A stretch of DNA of 64,000 bases from Epiperipatus broadwayi. Lineage: Eukaryota; Animalia; Onychophora. Below are positions 51,053 to 63,960 of the stretch, piece after piece; the first letter of the stretch is position 1, and each line of letters begins with the position of its first letter. The notes under the pieces were generated by a model that was not told where the DNA came from, searched no databases, and worked only from the letters and a program-made list of their open reading frames with translations. Both the position numbers and the translations under genes were made by a program. The stretch spans positions 868,001 through 932,000 of the forward strand of contig JAQFVV010000010.1 in assembly GCA_028023455.1 (NCBI GenBank), written 5' to 3'.

Positions 51053-51829
51053 AATCAGATCAATCTAAAATAATTGAAAGTAAATCATACAGAATTGAAG
51101 CTGCGCCCACCCCAACAAACGGTTTATCTGCCAGATCTCTGCCAAAACATGCTCAAACTGCTGAAGTGTCAGACAGTCCACAGAACTCATCTCAAGGCCC
51201 ACACCCGCAATCCTGAAATCACAGAAACATCAAAGTCTCCCAGAACACAAACACCTTTTATCAACCCTAAATCATACAGGTCTAAAGATAATTCTAGGGA
51301 TGATTCATTGCTACAAAACCAACAAGCAGATTGAATCAGTATCACACCACATCCAACCATCCCAAGGGCTCCAGAAACACCTCCAGTCATACAGACACAT
51401 CTAAGATACATCATCCTGCTAACCATAGGAATAATAAAGATCACCATATTCCCATTAAAATTACACCTTATATCAACTCATCAGACTCTGAAACTGAGAT
51501 GGACCTAACTAGCTATACAACTTCTATTAGGAAAAAATCCACTCACTTGAATAAATCCAGCTCAGAAGATGAGAATTTATTAACACAGTCATCCATTCAT
51601 TACCATAACATTAAGTCCAAAGAAACCTCTATGTCCCAAACTTAAAAAAAAAAAAAATGGAAAATTGCTAATTCTATTCCACCTAACTCTCAAATCTATC
51701 TGAAGGATGAGTTTTCTGAAGATGAAATCCTTTCCGAGCCTTTGATATTTAATTACCAAAACAGCTGTCAACTCAAAAGTTCTCTGGTGGTAGACTCTGG
51801 CCAATCCCCAGCTTATGACTAAGGTCTCT

Positions 51830-54281
51830 TGCCAAATAGCTGGAGTTAATGTCAGAGGCATTAATTCGCTTACACAAGTACATACCATCAGACATTGGTT
51901 TAAATTCCTTTACCCCCCACATTATGTTTATGGGCAAAACCAAATATCACCAAAAGTCCAGTAGCCTTATTTTAACTGAGCTTAACAAGCTTGGATATAC
52001 ATATCTAACAGTCAACTTAACAGCTACTGAAGGCGTAGGTATCTTAATAAATAACAAACACCCCCTAACAAATTTAAGATCACCTACCAAGATAAGAACC
52101 TTATCTGTGCCAACCTAACCTATGGCAATAGCATAATCAATGCGTTTTATGTCTACATCCCCAATAGCCATGCAATATTCCTTCAGATCATAAACACTAT
52201 AAATATGATAATGGCCTCCCCAGCACTCCTCTTTGGGGACTTCAACATCTCCTATGATCACTTTACAAACAAGTATCTTCACTTGCTCAAAAGACATTTT
52301 ATTAATGGCAGGGGCTTCTTTCCTCATAACACCTATTCTTACTACACCAAGAGGTATCATACATTAATAGATCTGATGTTCTACACCTCTGAACTCCATC
52401 ATGGTCTGGAAGCTACTCTTCAACCTGTTCCTTTCTCCGACCATCATGCTATTATCACCATACTACAACTAATCAACTATCTCCTCATCCTTTCTCAACC
52501 AGTCAATCAGAATGTTAACTAAAGCTTCCATGACTGAAGCCATTGTATCTGAAGCTTACATTCTCTTCCACAAAATCAACCTACTAAAAAGGCCCCCAGA
52601 GGAGGCATGGTTTGCCTTCATTGGGATAATCCAATCCTTGATTGCTCAGTATACTAAAGACAACAAAGGGCTATCTACACTTATTAATGAGCTTGACCAA
52701 ATCAATAATAAAATAAAGACATGCTCAACTGAACCAGATCATATCAAACACTTATCACTAAAACTTCAGTATAAGGAAAAACAGATGGCTATTGCGGAGT
52801 ATATTTCTATTAAAAGATCGCAAAATTTTCTTACTACCCAACGCTGCTGGACTCGGGGATATTTGCAATGGGCATTGGGAGCTAAGAAAAAACTTAACAC
52901 TCCAACCTCCCTCATTGTCAATGGAAACTGTGTCACAGGTCATCAATGATTGAACACATTGGTCTTCACTTCAAAAACTGACTTCAAAATAACTTTCCAA
53001 AGACCATCAGTGAATGGATGGATCACCAATATTCTATAAACCATGGGATAGCAACAACTGATCTTAAAAACCATCTATCAGCACTTTCTGACAGGGTTCA
53101 TCCCGGGATGCATGCTATACCAAGGTTTCTAATTTCCCACCTTGGAAACTTTGCTATCCCAATCATGATGAACATGATCAATCACCTATCCACTAAAAGA
53201 AGGGAAATAAATAACCTCTACCTGATTGCCTTAGTGCCATTCATCAAGAAGAACAAAGATCCAACCAACATCCATAACATAAGGCCTATCTCCATGACAC
53301 CAATTTTGATCAAAGTTATCGAAGGTGTAATTAAAGAGAAAATCCAGCAAAAACTTTTAGACAATATTGTTCAGTCACAATATGCAAGAAAAGGATCTTC
53401 AGCCCTGACAGCAATGGGTGAAGTCAAGATTCTCCTTGATCACATTAGATCTAATCGCTTATCAAAACCCATTGCAGTTCAGCTAGACATAACAGAGGCT
53501 TTTGACTCGATCAATATCATACACTTCTTACTCTTCTAAAAGACCTCAACATTCACTTTCAAATTATATAGATTCTGGAGAATCTTCTCTACAATAGGTT
53601 AATTCACGTCTCCTTAGATGGATTCTACACAGACAGGTTCTCCCCCGACCTGTCTATTCCTCAAGGATCTCCTCTAAGTGCTATCCTTTTTATACACTAT
53701 CTCAACCCCCTGTTGAGAGATATAGAAATCTCATTCACTGGAGTATTCATTCCTCACATCAAAAAATCCTTCAAGTTGTTTCCTTATATGGATGATGTCC
53801 TCGTAATACTACCATCTCAAAAACATCTCCCAGCACTCTACAAAATTTTGGATAAATTTTCCCTTAATTCACAACTCAAATTTAACTCCAACAAATCTTC
53901 ATCTTGGAAAATTCTATCGGGAAAGAAAGTCTCATCTAAATTTCTAGCTGAGCCCCAGGACATTCTTGACTTCCCTATCTCCATGTCTCAAACAGCTATG
54001 TCAAACAAACTACAGAACTCCTTAATCAATTCCACATCTCAGATTAAACAGTCCCTTTCCAGGGTTATCTCTCCATTCAGGGAAAAGTAGAGCTACTGAA
54101 CATGAAAGTCATGTCTAAGATAGCATACTTCCTCCCCATCATGCCAGCAACAAAAGCCTTTACCAAAAAAATCAATAGTCTATGTGCTAAACTCTTTTGG
54201 AAAAACAGTACAATGTCTATAAGCATGACAAGGATGCAATACCATCACAAATCTAACGGGATGTCCTTTCACCCCATCCCC
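51830..54281 (+). pseudogene. L1/Tx1-like ORF2, APE endonuclease plus RT, fragmented and missing its 3' end
   Basis: GVNVRGINS, NAFYVYIPN, LLFGDFN, LIDLMF and PFSDHHAI (endonuclease). RPISMTPILIKVI, QLDITEAFDSI, IPQGSPLSAILF and FPYMDDVLVI (RT). Homology stops at ~54281. Confidence 0.92.
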
Positions 54282-56989
54282 TCAATTATATTAAAAAACC
54301 AATATTCTCCCTAAATAAAATTCTTTTAAAACTAAAATTGGTGAATTTCTAGTATTAATATCAAAGTTATTTGTGATGAAGAATAAAGGTAGCATATATG
54401 TATAATCTGTTAACATTCTTTATTTATGATCTCTAATAGAATTTTAAAAAAACAGTACTTACGTATTATCCTGTTTATCAAGCTTGACACCATTTTTTTT
54501 CATTATAATAAAAATAAAAAAACAAGGTAATTAAAGCACATACATTTTGGTTTAGCAAAAAATATAAAAAACAGAGATTTTTTTTGTCTTCAATATTGCA
54601 TTTTTATGTTTATTCTTGATGATATAAGTAAAAAAATAAGTCATAATTAGTTAGATCTAATATAGTTTTTACTTATAAGATAAAAATTTGTGGTAATTAT
54701 AGCCTATATAAAAAATATTTTACTTAAATTTAATTAAAGTTGATTAAATTTATGAAAAATAAGTGAGATCACACAGAGCACAAATAAAAAATGAGTTTCC
54801 TCTGAAATTCTCTCTTGAAAGTTGGACATTAGTAAACCCACTATGATGTTTAGTTGCTATAAACTAGGAAAGCCATTAACTGCCAATGTCTATTTTGGAA
54901 TTTATAGTTATTCTAAGGAAGTTCAACTCATAATAATACTGGAAAAATATACTGAAGAAACAACAGGTATTTATGCAATAAATTTTATTAAATAAAACTG
55001 TAAGCCAAAGGAAGGAAAAATCAACTCTGTCAGAGAAATTTATATATGAAATTTTAACTTTTTCTTCAGAAAAAAAAAAAATATGTCAATGAAGGATACC
55101 AAAGGCATGAACTATAGAATTATGAGGAATTATTGGTTAATGCTAAGGAAATGCTAAGGATTGTTTGTCCATGGTTATATATGAATTTTTTATTTGAAAA
55201 CCTATTTTGTAATTTAGACTTATTTTGATAACTTTATTTTACTATGGCATCCTAAAAATATATTTTATATATATGCATAATTAAGATTGTTAGTTAATTT
55301 ATATGTATGTAGTTTTCAAATTATTGTAAATTATGTGAAATGTGATCAGAAAGCTGAATGATTTGTTTTGCTTTCTTCTTTTAAACTGATAGCAGTTTAA
55401 TTTATATTGACATTTAATTTTAATTTTTTTAAAAGAAAAAAAAATATTAATTTCATATAGAATTCATTTTAAAAATTAGTATTGATAAAAATGTATATTT
55501 CTTTATTATTTTAATTCCATTTTTAATGGGTATTTAGTTTTCAGGACATATCTATTGCAATCTCAACATCTGTCACAGATGCAACTATTAAATAAGTTTT
55601 GAGAACATAAAAAAATTTATGAAAACAAAATAACTAGTATAGTGTGACATTCTCAATGATTTGAAGAAATTATCTAAAAATTACAAAGTAGCTCCAAATT
55701 ATAATGAAATAAAAAAAATTACTGAGTAAAGAATGTTGAGAAATAATATGCAGACTTTTTACTCTGATCTGACTCAATTGTGATTTTATGTTTATAAAGA
55801 CAACTCTTCTAATAATCAGATAAGTGATAACTTAAGAATTAGTAAACAAATCTATACTTAAATTAAACATGCCAGAAATAACTAAAAGATAATATATATA
55901 TATTATGGTACCTCATATGTAGATGAAGTTTATGCAGAAGTTACTGAAAATTCCCAACAAGCTATATGTAAACTAATATAATGCTATAAATAAATGAAAA
56001 AGTGCAGAGTAAGTCCACCTAAACTTTAGCTTGGCTCATATGATGCATTATATGCCGAGCGTGAATTTTATATATTAATATAATTTCAGGACAATCTCAA
56101 ATTATTCTGAAATCACTGTGAACAATATGAGGGAAAGACTATTTCTCATATTTAACAACTCCTGATTATTAAATGAAGTATAAGTGGCTCATTCTTTACT
56201 TCATTATTTATTGACAGAATTGTATTAGTTTATAAGTAGTCACTAGACAGTTTCAGTAACTTCTGCATTGATTTTATATATATTAAATACATACTTTTTT
56301 TATCATGATAAGAGAAATATGAGATATTCAGCTTCATATAATATTCATATGGAAATTAGTTTTAAGGAGAAAGCTAGTTATTTTCTTTAGTGAATGGAAA
56401 AAAATATGATGGAAAAAGAATGTTAGAAGTTATGTTGAGAGTATATATAAAGAGACATGTGTATATATAATAGAACAATCTCTTGTTTTGTTTTACTAAT
56501 TATAAATTAAAATATTAAATCTTACATGTTGTTTCAAAGATTTAGAAAATTGTAAACATGATTTTTATACTATTCTATATAATAGTTAAGATTAAAAATA
56601 TTATTGTCTTGTGCAAAATAAAAATATTATTAAAATGTTTGTCAGAAATAGGTTAAGTACGATCATCTTTAGAAAACAACAACAAATAAAGCATTATTTT
56701 TAAAAAAGAACATTATTTACAGAATATTTCACCTTCAGCATTGGAGATATATTGGTTTAAACCTGGAGAAGTTTAGTTAGCCTATCTGGTGAAATAGAAA
56801 AAGTGATTGCTTAAAAAGAATCTTAACTTAGCCATTTACATCACCTCTAATTGCTAATGTAAGATCTCTGCTTAAAATTGTTCATGCTTGCAAACTATTC
56901 CACATTGAGAAACAGACTATTAAGATTATAATCTTAAACATTCTAATAAAAAACTGTGGTTATTTAATTAAAAATAAAAAAGGTGTCTT

Positions 56990-57089
56990 GCATTGGTGGT
57001 CGAGAGGTCAGCGTGACTGCCTTGTACTTGCAGGCAGTTGCCCGGGTTGCAGGTTCGCGTCCCGGCCGATGCTATGACACTTAAAAAAA
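56990..57089 (+). mobile_element. Short tRNA-derived SINE, copy 2
   Basis: GCATTGGTGGTCGAGAGGTCAGC..CCCGGGTTGCAGGTTCGCGTCCCGGCCGATGCTATGACAC plus A tail. Confidence 0.85.
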
Positions 57090-57645
57090 TAAAAAAAATA
57101 AAAAAAGGTCATGTATGTGAATAGAATGTTATTAATATTTAGAAATTCTGCTAATAATTTTATTCTAACTAAACAAATTAAGAATGCTATATTAATAATT
57201 ATAATTATTTTAAAAAATGGAAGTACAACTTGCTGTTCTTTTGTCATTTCATTTATTAAATATTACATATTGTTTGAAAAAAGTATTTTAACTTGTATAT
57301 GTAATTTTCTTTCATTTAAGTTTAATTAAAAGTTCAAGTATTAGTTTCTGAAATTTAAATTTTATATAATTCAGAAATTTAAAATAATTTCTTAGAGAAA
57401 TTTGCTGTGCAATTTTAGGAAGACAAATAGGCAATTATTATATGAATGAATCAAATTGTATTTAGTTAATTGATTTTTATCATAATTATAATTATTTAGA
57501 ATTAATGGCAGTGTGTTAAAAAAATTTTGTTAAACTATTCCTATAGTTGCATTCTAAAATTAGAATTTAATATAATCTTAACATTATAATATATATGTTT
57601 TTCTTCTGAGTAATTTTCGACATTGAAAAAAAAAGGATATATATA

Positions 57646-57740
57646 TTTTTCATGTGTCAAAGCCTTGGCTGGGAAGCGAACCCGCAAACCTGGGACAACT
57701 GCTTGTAAGGAGGCTGTGCTGACCACTCGGCCACCAATCT
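57646..57740 (-). mobile_element. Short tRNA-derived SINE, copy 3
   Basis: Reverse complement: AGATTGGTGGCCGAGTGGTCAGCACAGCCTCCTTACAAGCAGTTGTCCCAGGTTTGCGGGTTCGCTTCCCAGCCAAGGCTTTGACACATGAAAAA. Confidence 0.85.
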
Positions 57741-58935
57741 TTGACATAGGATATTTTTGCTATCATTTATACTTAATGACGAAATTAAATATTTATATTT
57801 CTGTTTGTATAAGGATTATCCAAGATTAAAGTTATTATTTTAATATTAATATAACATTATATCCCACAAATTTTAATCCTGGAAAATTACAATACATATA
57901 TTATATTTGTGTATGCTCATAGTCATGGCTTTCTTTCAGGTCACCTATCAGTGATCATCATTGTGGCATCCAAGTACAATATTATAAAAATGATAGCTGG
58001 TGGGAAGAAAATTCGACAATGTTCTTACTTATCCATGATTGTCATCATTATTTTTTCAGAAAGGAATTGATATGCCAAACAACTGTCAAACCAATAAAAA
58101 ATATGATTTAAACCTATATACATTTCCATACATCATTTATACAGATTCTGTTACATTAAATGGTCATCTAATCAAGGTGGCCTGATTATAATTAGACCCT
58201 GGTGGGAAATGTTTTAGTACAATATATACTAGCAAATTCAATATTTATTCAACTTTCTTCATTTCGCATTTATGATTTTTTCTATTATATATATATGTAA
58301 ATACTGAAAAAAATTTTAGATGAGATTTTCTGTGTATTTTTTATTTGGAATTCAGATATGATGTAACCAAGCAAACAAACAAAAACTGATACAATAAATT
58401 AAAATCATGTTATGCAGAATAATAAATAAAATTAATATTCTTGCTGAATGGTATGATTTCAGTTTGCTGATTCAGTTTTTAATCAGTTATTTGCTTGGTT
58501 ATATCATAGGTGAAATTAAAATAAAAAATACATAGAAAATCTCATTAAAAAATTACATCTACAAGTCATAAAAATCTGTTAATAATATATATATTCTATT
58601 TTTGATCTTTTGTCAGCAAAGTGTTATTTAGTCATATCTTATGAGAGACTGGTTTATTTTTACAATTATATATATATATCATTAAAAGCCAGTCAACACT
58701 TAGACAATCCCAATATCAATAACAATCAACAAAATCAAACTGTTGTCAAGGCAACTTTCTTTTAATAATAAAGGTGGAATCCCTTATATATATATAAACT
58801 AAATACATATTACTAAGAATACATGATAAATATTTAGTAACAAAAAAAATCTGCAAAAATCAAATTCATTCCATGATTTTTTAAAATTATTTAATAAAAT
58901 ATATACTATAAAATATTTTTTAATTAAGGTAAACT

Positions 58936-59532
58936 TTAATGTTCATTTATATTTTCAATATCATCTTTGGAATAACTCATCTTTTCATCTTTAAACAATT
59001 CATCATCAAAACTTGATAAGCTAGGTGTTGAATCCAAGTAATCAGTATAAGAATCTTTGTGGAAAGAAAGGCTATCAGCAGTTCCTAAACTATATACCGT
59101 AGTTCTGTCCGCAGAAATACTTCTAGATAAGGTTTGATTTAACCCCTTAATATCCTTGAATTTAACAGGCAGTTTTGAAGAATTAATAAGTTTGTTGTTT
59201 AAAATATACTTGGAAAAAAAGTTGTCTTTATGCTCTACCTTTAGTTCTAAATTATTATTTTTTCTACAGATACAAACTAATAATCCCATGATTGAAAGAA
59301 CTAATCCAAGTCCAATAAATATTGGGCCTACAATATCAAAAGAATGATGCAGCTTTAAATCACTTTTTAGAATAGTATATCCTAAAGAAGTCACTACAAT
59401 TCCACTCAAAAATAATGCTAATCCAAATACTATCAAACAAAATGCACAAGTCTTTGGTCCTCCAGTTAAGCAACTGTTGACAGAATAGTAACAAAATTCA
59501 TAATGAAAATTAGGCTTTGGTAGTCCTTTCAT
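58936..59532 (-). CDS. Two-transmembrane protein, PIRT/TMEM100-like, single coding exon
   Basis: 198-aa uninterrupted ORF. TM1 is FCLIVFGLALFLSGIVVTSLGY and TM2 is IVGPIFIGLGLVLSIMGLLVCIC, followed by a basic RK. From memory these resemble TMEM100 GIVVTAVAY and PIRT IGPAFLSLGL. An acceptor-like tcttttatAG lies 12 nt upstream of the ATG. Confidence 0.8.
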   Translation of the reverse strand: MKGLPKPNFHYEFCYYSVNSCLTGGPKTCAFCLIVFGLALFLSGIVVTSLGYTILKSDLKLHHSFDIVGPIFIGLGLVLSIMGLLVCICRKNNNLELKVEHKDNFFSKYILNNKLINSSKLPVKFKDIKGLNQTLSRSISADRTTVYSLGTADSLSFHKDSYTDYLDSTPSLSSFDDELFKDEKMSYSKDDIENINEH

Positions 59533-59693
59533 TGATGTAGGAAGCTATAAAAGATATATATATATAATTAAAACAATATCATATTACTCATAGTCTTTCA
59601 AGCAGTTAACTTTAGTCTACTCTAGAGCTATCTACTGTAAACTTAAGTAATTATGCAACAAAAGTTGGTGTAGAGTCATAAAGTACCCTACTT

Positions 59694-59934
59694 CTAGACT
59701 TGTTTCTGGATTTTGCCTTCATCAGTTTAAACTAGAATTTAAAACTGAAAATAATGCATTTATGTATTTTTACTCTTTTATACTATTCAAGCCAATGTCC
59801 TAAAATTTAAAATAGATCTATATAACTATGCAATTGAGTTAGCCCAGATTTAAAACTTTAGGGTTTTTTTTATATTTCAGTACAGTAGATTAAATAGTAC
59901 TGACAAAAGCAAAAGCCAGAAACTGATCTGGGGG
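59694..59934. mobile_element. Highly decayed inverted pair of hammerhead-like motifs
   Basis: Minus strand 59694-59730: CTGATGA-AGGCAAAATCCA-GAAAC-AAGTC. Plus strand 59900-59934: CTGACAA-AAGCAAAAGCCA-GAAAC-TGATC-TGGGGG. A TAGATCTA palindrome lies near the centre. Stems are poor. Confidence 0.4.
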
Positions 59935-62900
59935 CATTTTGTAATATAATAGCTTCAGATCTCTATTGATTATTCAAGCTTACAATATATATCTCTAGTG
60001 TAGGGTGAAGATAATTGCTCATATAAACATATATATGCAATTGAAATATATAAATACAGACATATATTTACATACTATGGTTTGTGTAAAATAGAAAGAG
60101 TTTATATACATATAATTGAATTATTGGATTTAATAATCTAAAAGGTTTATTAATAATTCCATAAAGATCTAAATACTGAGATAATAAAATAAATTATATT
60201 AAAAAGGTTTCAAGAAATGAAATTATTACTAACAATGATTAATTATTATTTCATAGTTATAATACTGCATTGCTTTAGCACATAATATTGTAATATACAC
60301 ACTTTTACAAACTCAAAAATAAAATTTGATAAATTATTTTTATTAATTGTAATATATTAAAAAATAGAAAATAAAAAAAAAATCTAAAATTATTATATTT
60401 TACTTGAATATCAAATAAAATGGAAAATTTATTTAATCAAATTCAGTAGTGCTAAAAATTCAAAGTAGTTCTTATCAAATGCTGTCATTCAGTGAACCTT
60501 GTATTAAGATCAAATTCTCATAATCCATATATGTTTCATCAGACCAAATTGCTAAATTTACCACTTATGCTAAGTTAATAAGCACAAATTTTTTAAAGAA
60601 AACATACTATTATGCAATCTATTTTGAGAGTATAATAAATACCAAAAACATGCTATCATATGTAGAAAATCTTAATCACTATTTCAAACAAATGGTGTTC
60701 TACAAGGCAAAGGCAATTATACATCCTTGTTTTGTTTTTATCAGCCTTACCTCAAAATACTTATAACAAATAAGATAAGATGTTTTGTTACACTAATATT
60801 TGTATTAAAAAGGATTAAAATTTTTCTAATTGATTTCAGTTATGTTAAAAATGCAAAGTAGCTTTGCATCAAATATGCCATCCAGAGTTTGTATAAAACT
60901 GACCAAATTTTTCACAATATGTGTATGTTTTAGGATGATTTATATTTTGGACATAAGACTATGATTTATTGACATCTTTCATACTTTTAAGGTAGATTTA
61001 TGTGTAGTAATACTAATAGTCTATTTTCTGTGAGGGACATCCTCCTAGCTCATCTGATAAATTAGTATTTAGTCTGATGAAATATATATTTATATTAAAA
61101 ACTAAAGGAGTGAATAAATTAAACCACTACTTATTTTTAAAGATTTTAGCCAAGTTTTTTTATACTTTAAAGTACCAATTAGTTTAATTTCATTAAATAT
61201 CATTTTAAAATAGAAAATGTGATTAAATAAATGAAATAAAATACATTAACACTCTCAAACATTCATATTCCATCAACATATTTGCAAAGTTAACCACTTT
61301 AATTTTACAAATGAGTTAGAAATTGTATATTTTATTGTATTAAATTTTATTTTCTACTTTAAAACATTACACAAAGAAACCAATTGAAAATTTAGGCTAT
61401 AAAGAAATTGGACTAGAATCTTTAGCAGTAAGTATAGTATAGTTTAGTATGAGACTTTATTTGTTTTCTATAGTGTAGCTTTGATTGGTAGCATTTGATA
61501 CAGTTACACAGAATTTTTTGCACTATTGAAAGTGGTAAAAAGTTTCTTTCATACATACACATATATGTGCATGTATGAAAATACACTTTACCAGTATTTT
61601 ATAAGTAAAAAAAGGTATTTTTCACACACATATGCATGTCTGTGTAAAATTATATTTTATCTTATTTCTAAATTTAAAAATATAGATAGAAATAAATTAT
61701 GGAAAAAATCCAATAGAATAAGCTTGTATAGAAAGAATTGTCAGAATAAAATTATATGCCGGTAACCCATTATGTTATTATTATAATGACATCAAAAACT
61801 TTTATATAGATTGATTAAAAATGGATCAAACAATACTTTAAATCTTTTATGTGAGATTTTGTTAGAATATGAATAAACATGAAGTTGTGAAATAAGAGGG
61901 AAATGGGGGGAGGGTTATCATTATAAATTTGAACAAAAAACAAAACACACACAAAAAAGAAAATAGGTATAAAACTAAAAATACCTGACTAAAGGACTCA
62001 GTATTATATTTTGACTACTAGAAAGTAGGTATTTTAAGAAGTTAGAAAATGTTTTTTGATTAATAAATGTAATAATATAAGCTTTAATTAATATTGAAAA
62101 GTAGAAAAAGAAAAGCTATTAAAAAGAAAACATAACAATTTAAAGATATTTCAATGAATTTAAGTTAGAACTATTAATAAAAAAATATGATTCAGAGTTA
62201 AAAGAGATTTATGGATGTATATATATTAGAAAGAAAAACTTCTATAAAGATAAGAATGTAAACTGAAAAAGATAGGATGGGAATAATTAAAATGTTCTTT
62301 TTTAAAAAATTCAATATCAAGAATTCTGTAAGAAAAGTATAGGAAAAAGTAGATAAAGTCATGAATATATATAAATGTGAAATAACAGAAAAATGTATAA
62401 AATACATTTCAAAAAATAAAAACACTCTGTTAAAGAAAGTGGCATATTACTAGAAACAAAGATTCCACATGTGAGCATCCACTATTTAGAATGTAATAAA
62501 ACTATTCTTTATACTGATAGTTATTGAACTCATATGTGCTTAGTTTATAATAGGATACTGATCTAATTGCCTATCTATATTTGAATTTTCTCTTTAATTG
62601 AGTCTTTAAACACTAAGATGAATAATTGAAAAATTGGAGGAAAAAAAATAGTGATTTATCCTAGTGATAATATTATTGCATCTAAATTTTTTATAAATTC
62701 ATTGTTTAATCTCTAAAATCTTTTAGTTTTCCTTGATATATCATTTGTTTTTGGTGTGAATTTCTCTTTTCAATTTCTTATTTGGTTTAAATGAGACAGG
62801 GCTGGAGAAATGGGAGAAAGATCATGTGGAGGAGAAAGAAGTAAACAAAAAAATAAGTAATTTACAAAATGTAGATAAATTTCAAAGAATCATTTTCTTA

Positions 62901-63439
62901 TTTGTAATTGAAAAAAAAAAATCAGTTTGGAAATTTGGATTATTTTTTTTTAGTTTTTTTTTTCTTGTTTTAAAGGGGGGGGGAGAACCAATTATTCTAG
63001 TATGACTAAATTTATAAATTCACTGTATAATCTAATATTTCTTACTTTTCATTGACATATATTTTTGCTCAACTTTTTTTATATATATAAATTTAATGTG
63101 AATTCAAAAAAAAAAAAAAAAATTAAAGATAAAAAAAAGGAAAGAACATTATCACATCACCACCAAAAAAAAATTTGTTTTTAAGTTGTTAGAAATCAGT
63201 TTCAAAATAAACTTTGTTGTTGATTTAAAATGTTTCTAAAAACAGTAGACTTGTTTTTTTCTTATTTAAATGGTTGTATGTATTATTATTTTAGTTTTTA
63301 ATTAAAAACAAAATCTAAATCAATAAAAAATGAAGTTTTTATATGAAGCTTTTTTGTCTATAGTCAGTCAGTTTATTTTTATTTGGAGTGTTTGACTGGA
63401 TTTGTATTGAATTGAGCTTCATTAAAGTCCAAAAAGCAA

Positions 63440-63960
63440 TTACCTCCGCCCCACTCTCCCTCTCTCTCTCTCCTTACTTTTTAAAAAGCCAATAAAAAAT
63501 AAATTTTAAAGATACAAGATGTGCAAAAAATCTGCCAATTAATTGTTTGAATTAGATAATAGATGTAATTCACCCCATCTCATCACTTTTAAAATTAAAA
63601 GCCAATAAAAGCCATTACAAATTTTAAAAATCATTCAAATTTCCAAATCAAATCTATTATTCAAAAGAATTTATTTGAAATAGTTACTACATGCATGCCA
63701 TTCACTCTTCCTTCCTCTTAATAAGACATTTTAAAAAAATTTAAAAACTAAATCATAAAATAAATCAAATCTGTCAATTATAAAGCAAAACAGGTTGTTG
63801 GAATTAGGGAACACTACAAATGTCATTTATTCTCCCCCTCTCACTTTTTAAAAAGCCAATAAAAAATTATACAAATTTTTAAAGATAAAATAATGACCAA
63901 AAAAAAAAAAAAATCTGTCAATTACAAATCAAAAGAAAAACTTTGAAATTCTAAAGCAAT
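63440..63960 (+). repeat. Degenerate tandem/minisatellite-like array
   Basis: Recurring tcactttt.aaaaagccaataaaaa, ttacaaatttt.aaa and aaatctg(c/t)caatt units at irregular spacing. Confidence 0.65.

Noticed and set aside
55925-56270. 18-nt inverted match atgcagaagttactgaaa with nearby GATGA and GAAA
   Set aside because: Stem II cannot be formed and the core is incomplete. It is too short to call an element.
57939-58110. Possible terminal exon after tttctttcAG (SPISDHHCGIQVQYYKNDSWWEEN...)
   Set aside because: Short, no upstream exons could be linked, and no family was recognised.
60000-63400. Short F/I/K/Y-rich ORFs (61526, 62198) and similar ones elsewhere (249, 13727, 35249, 42621, 49471, 57111)
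   Set aside because: Composition is what very AT-rich non-coding DNA gives by chance.
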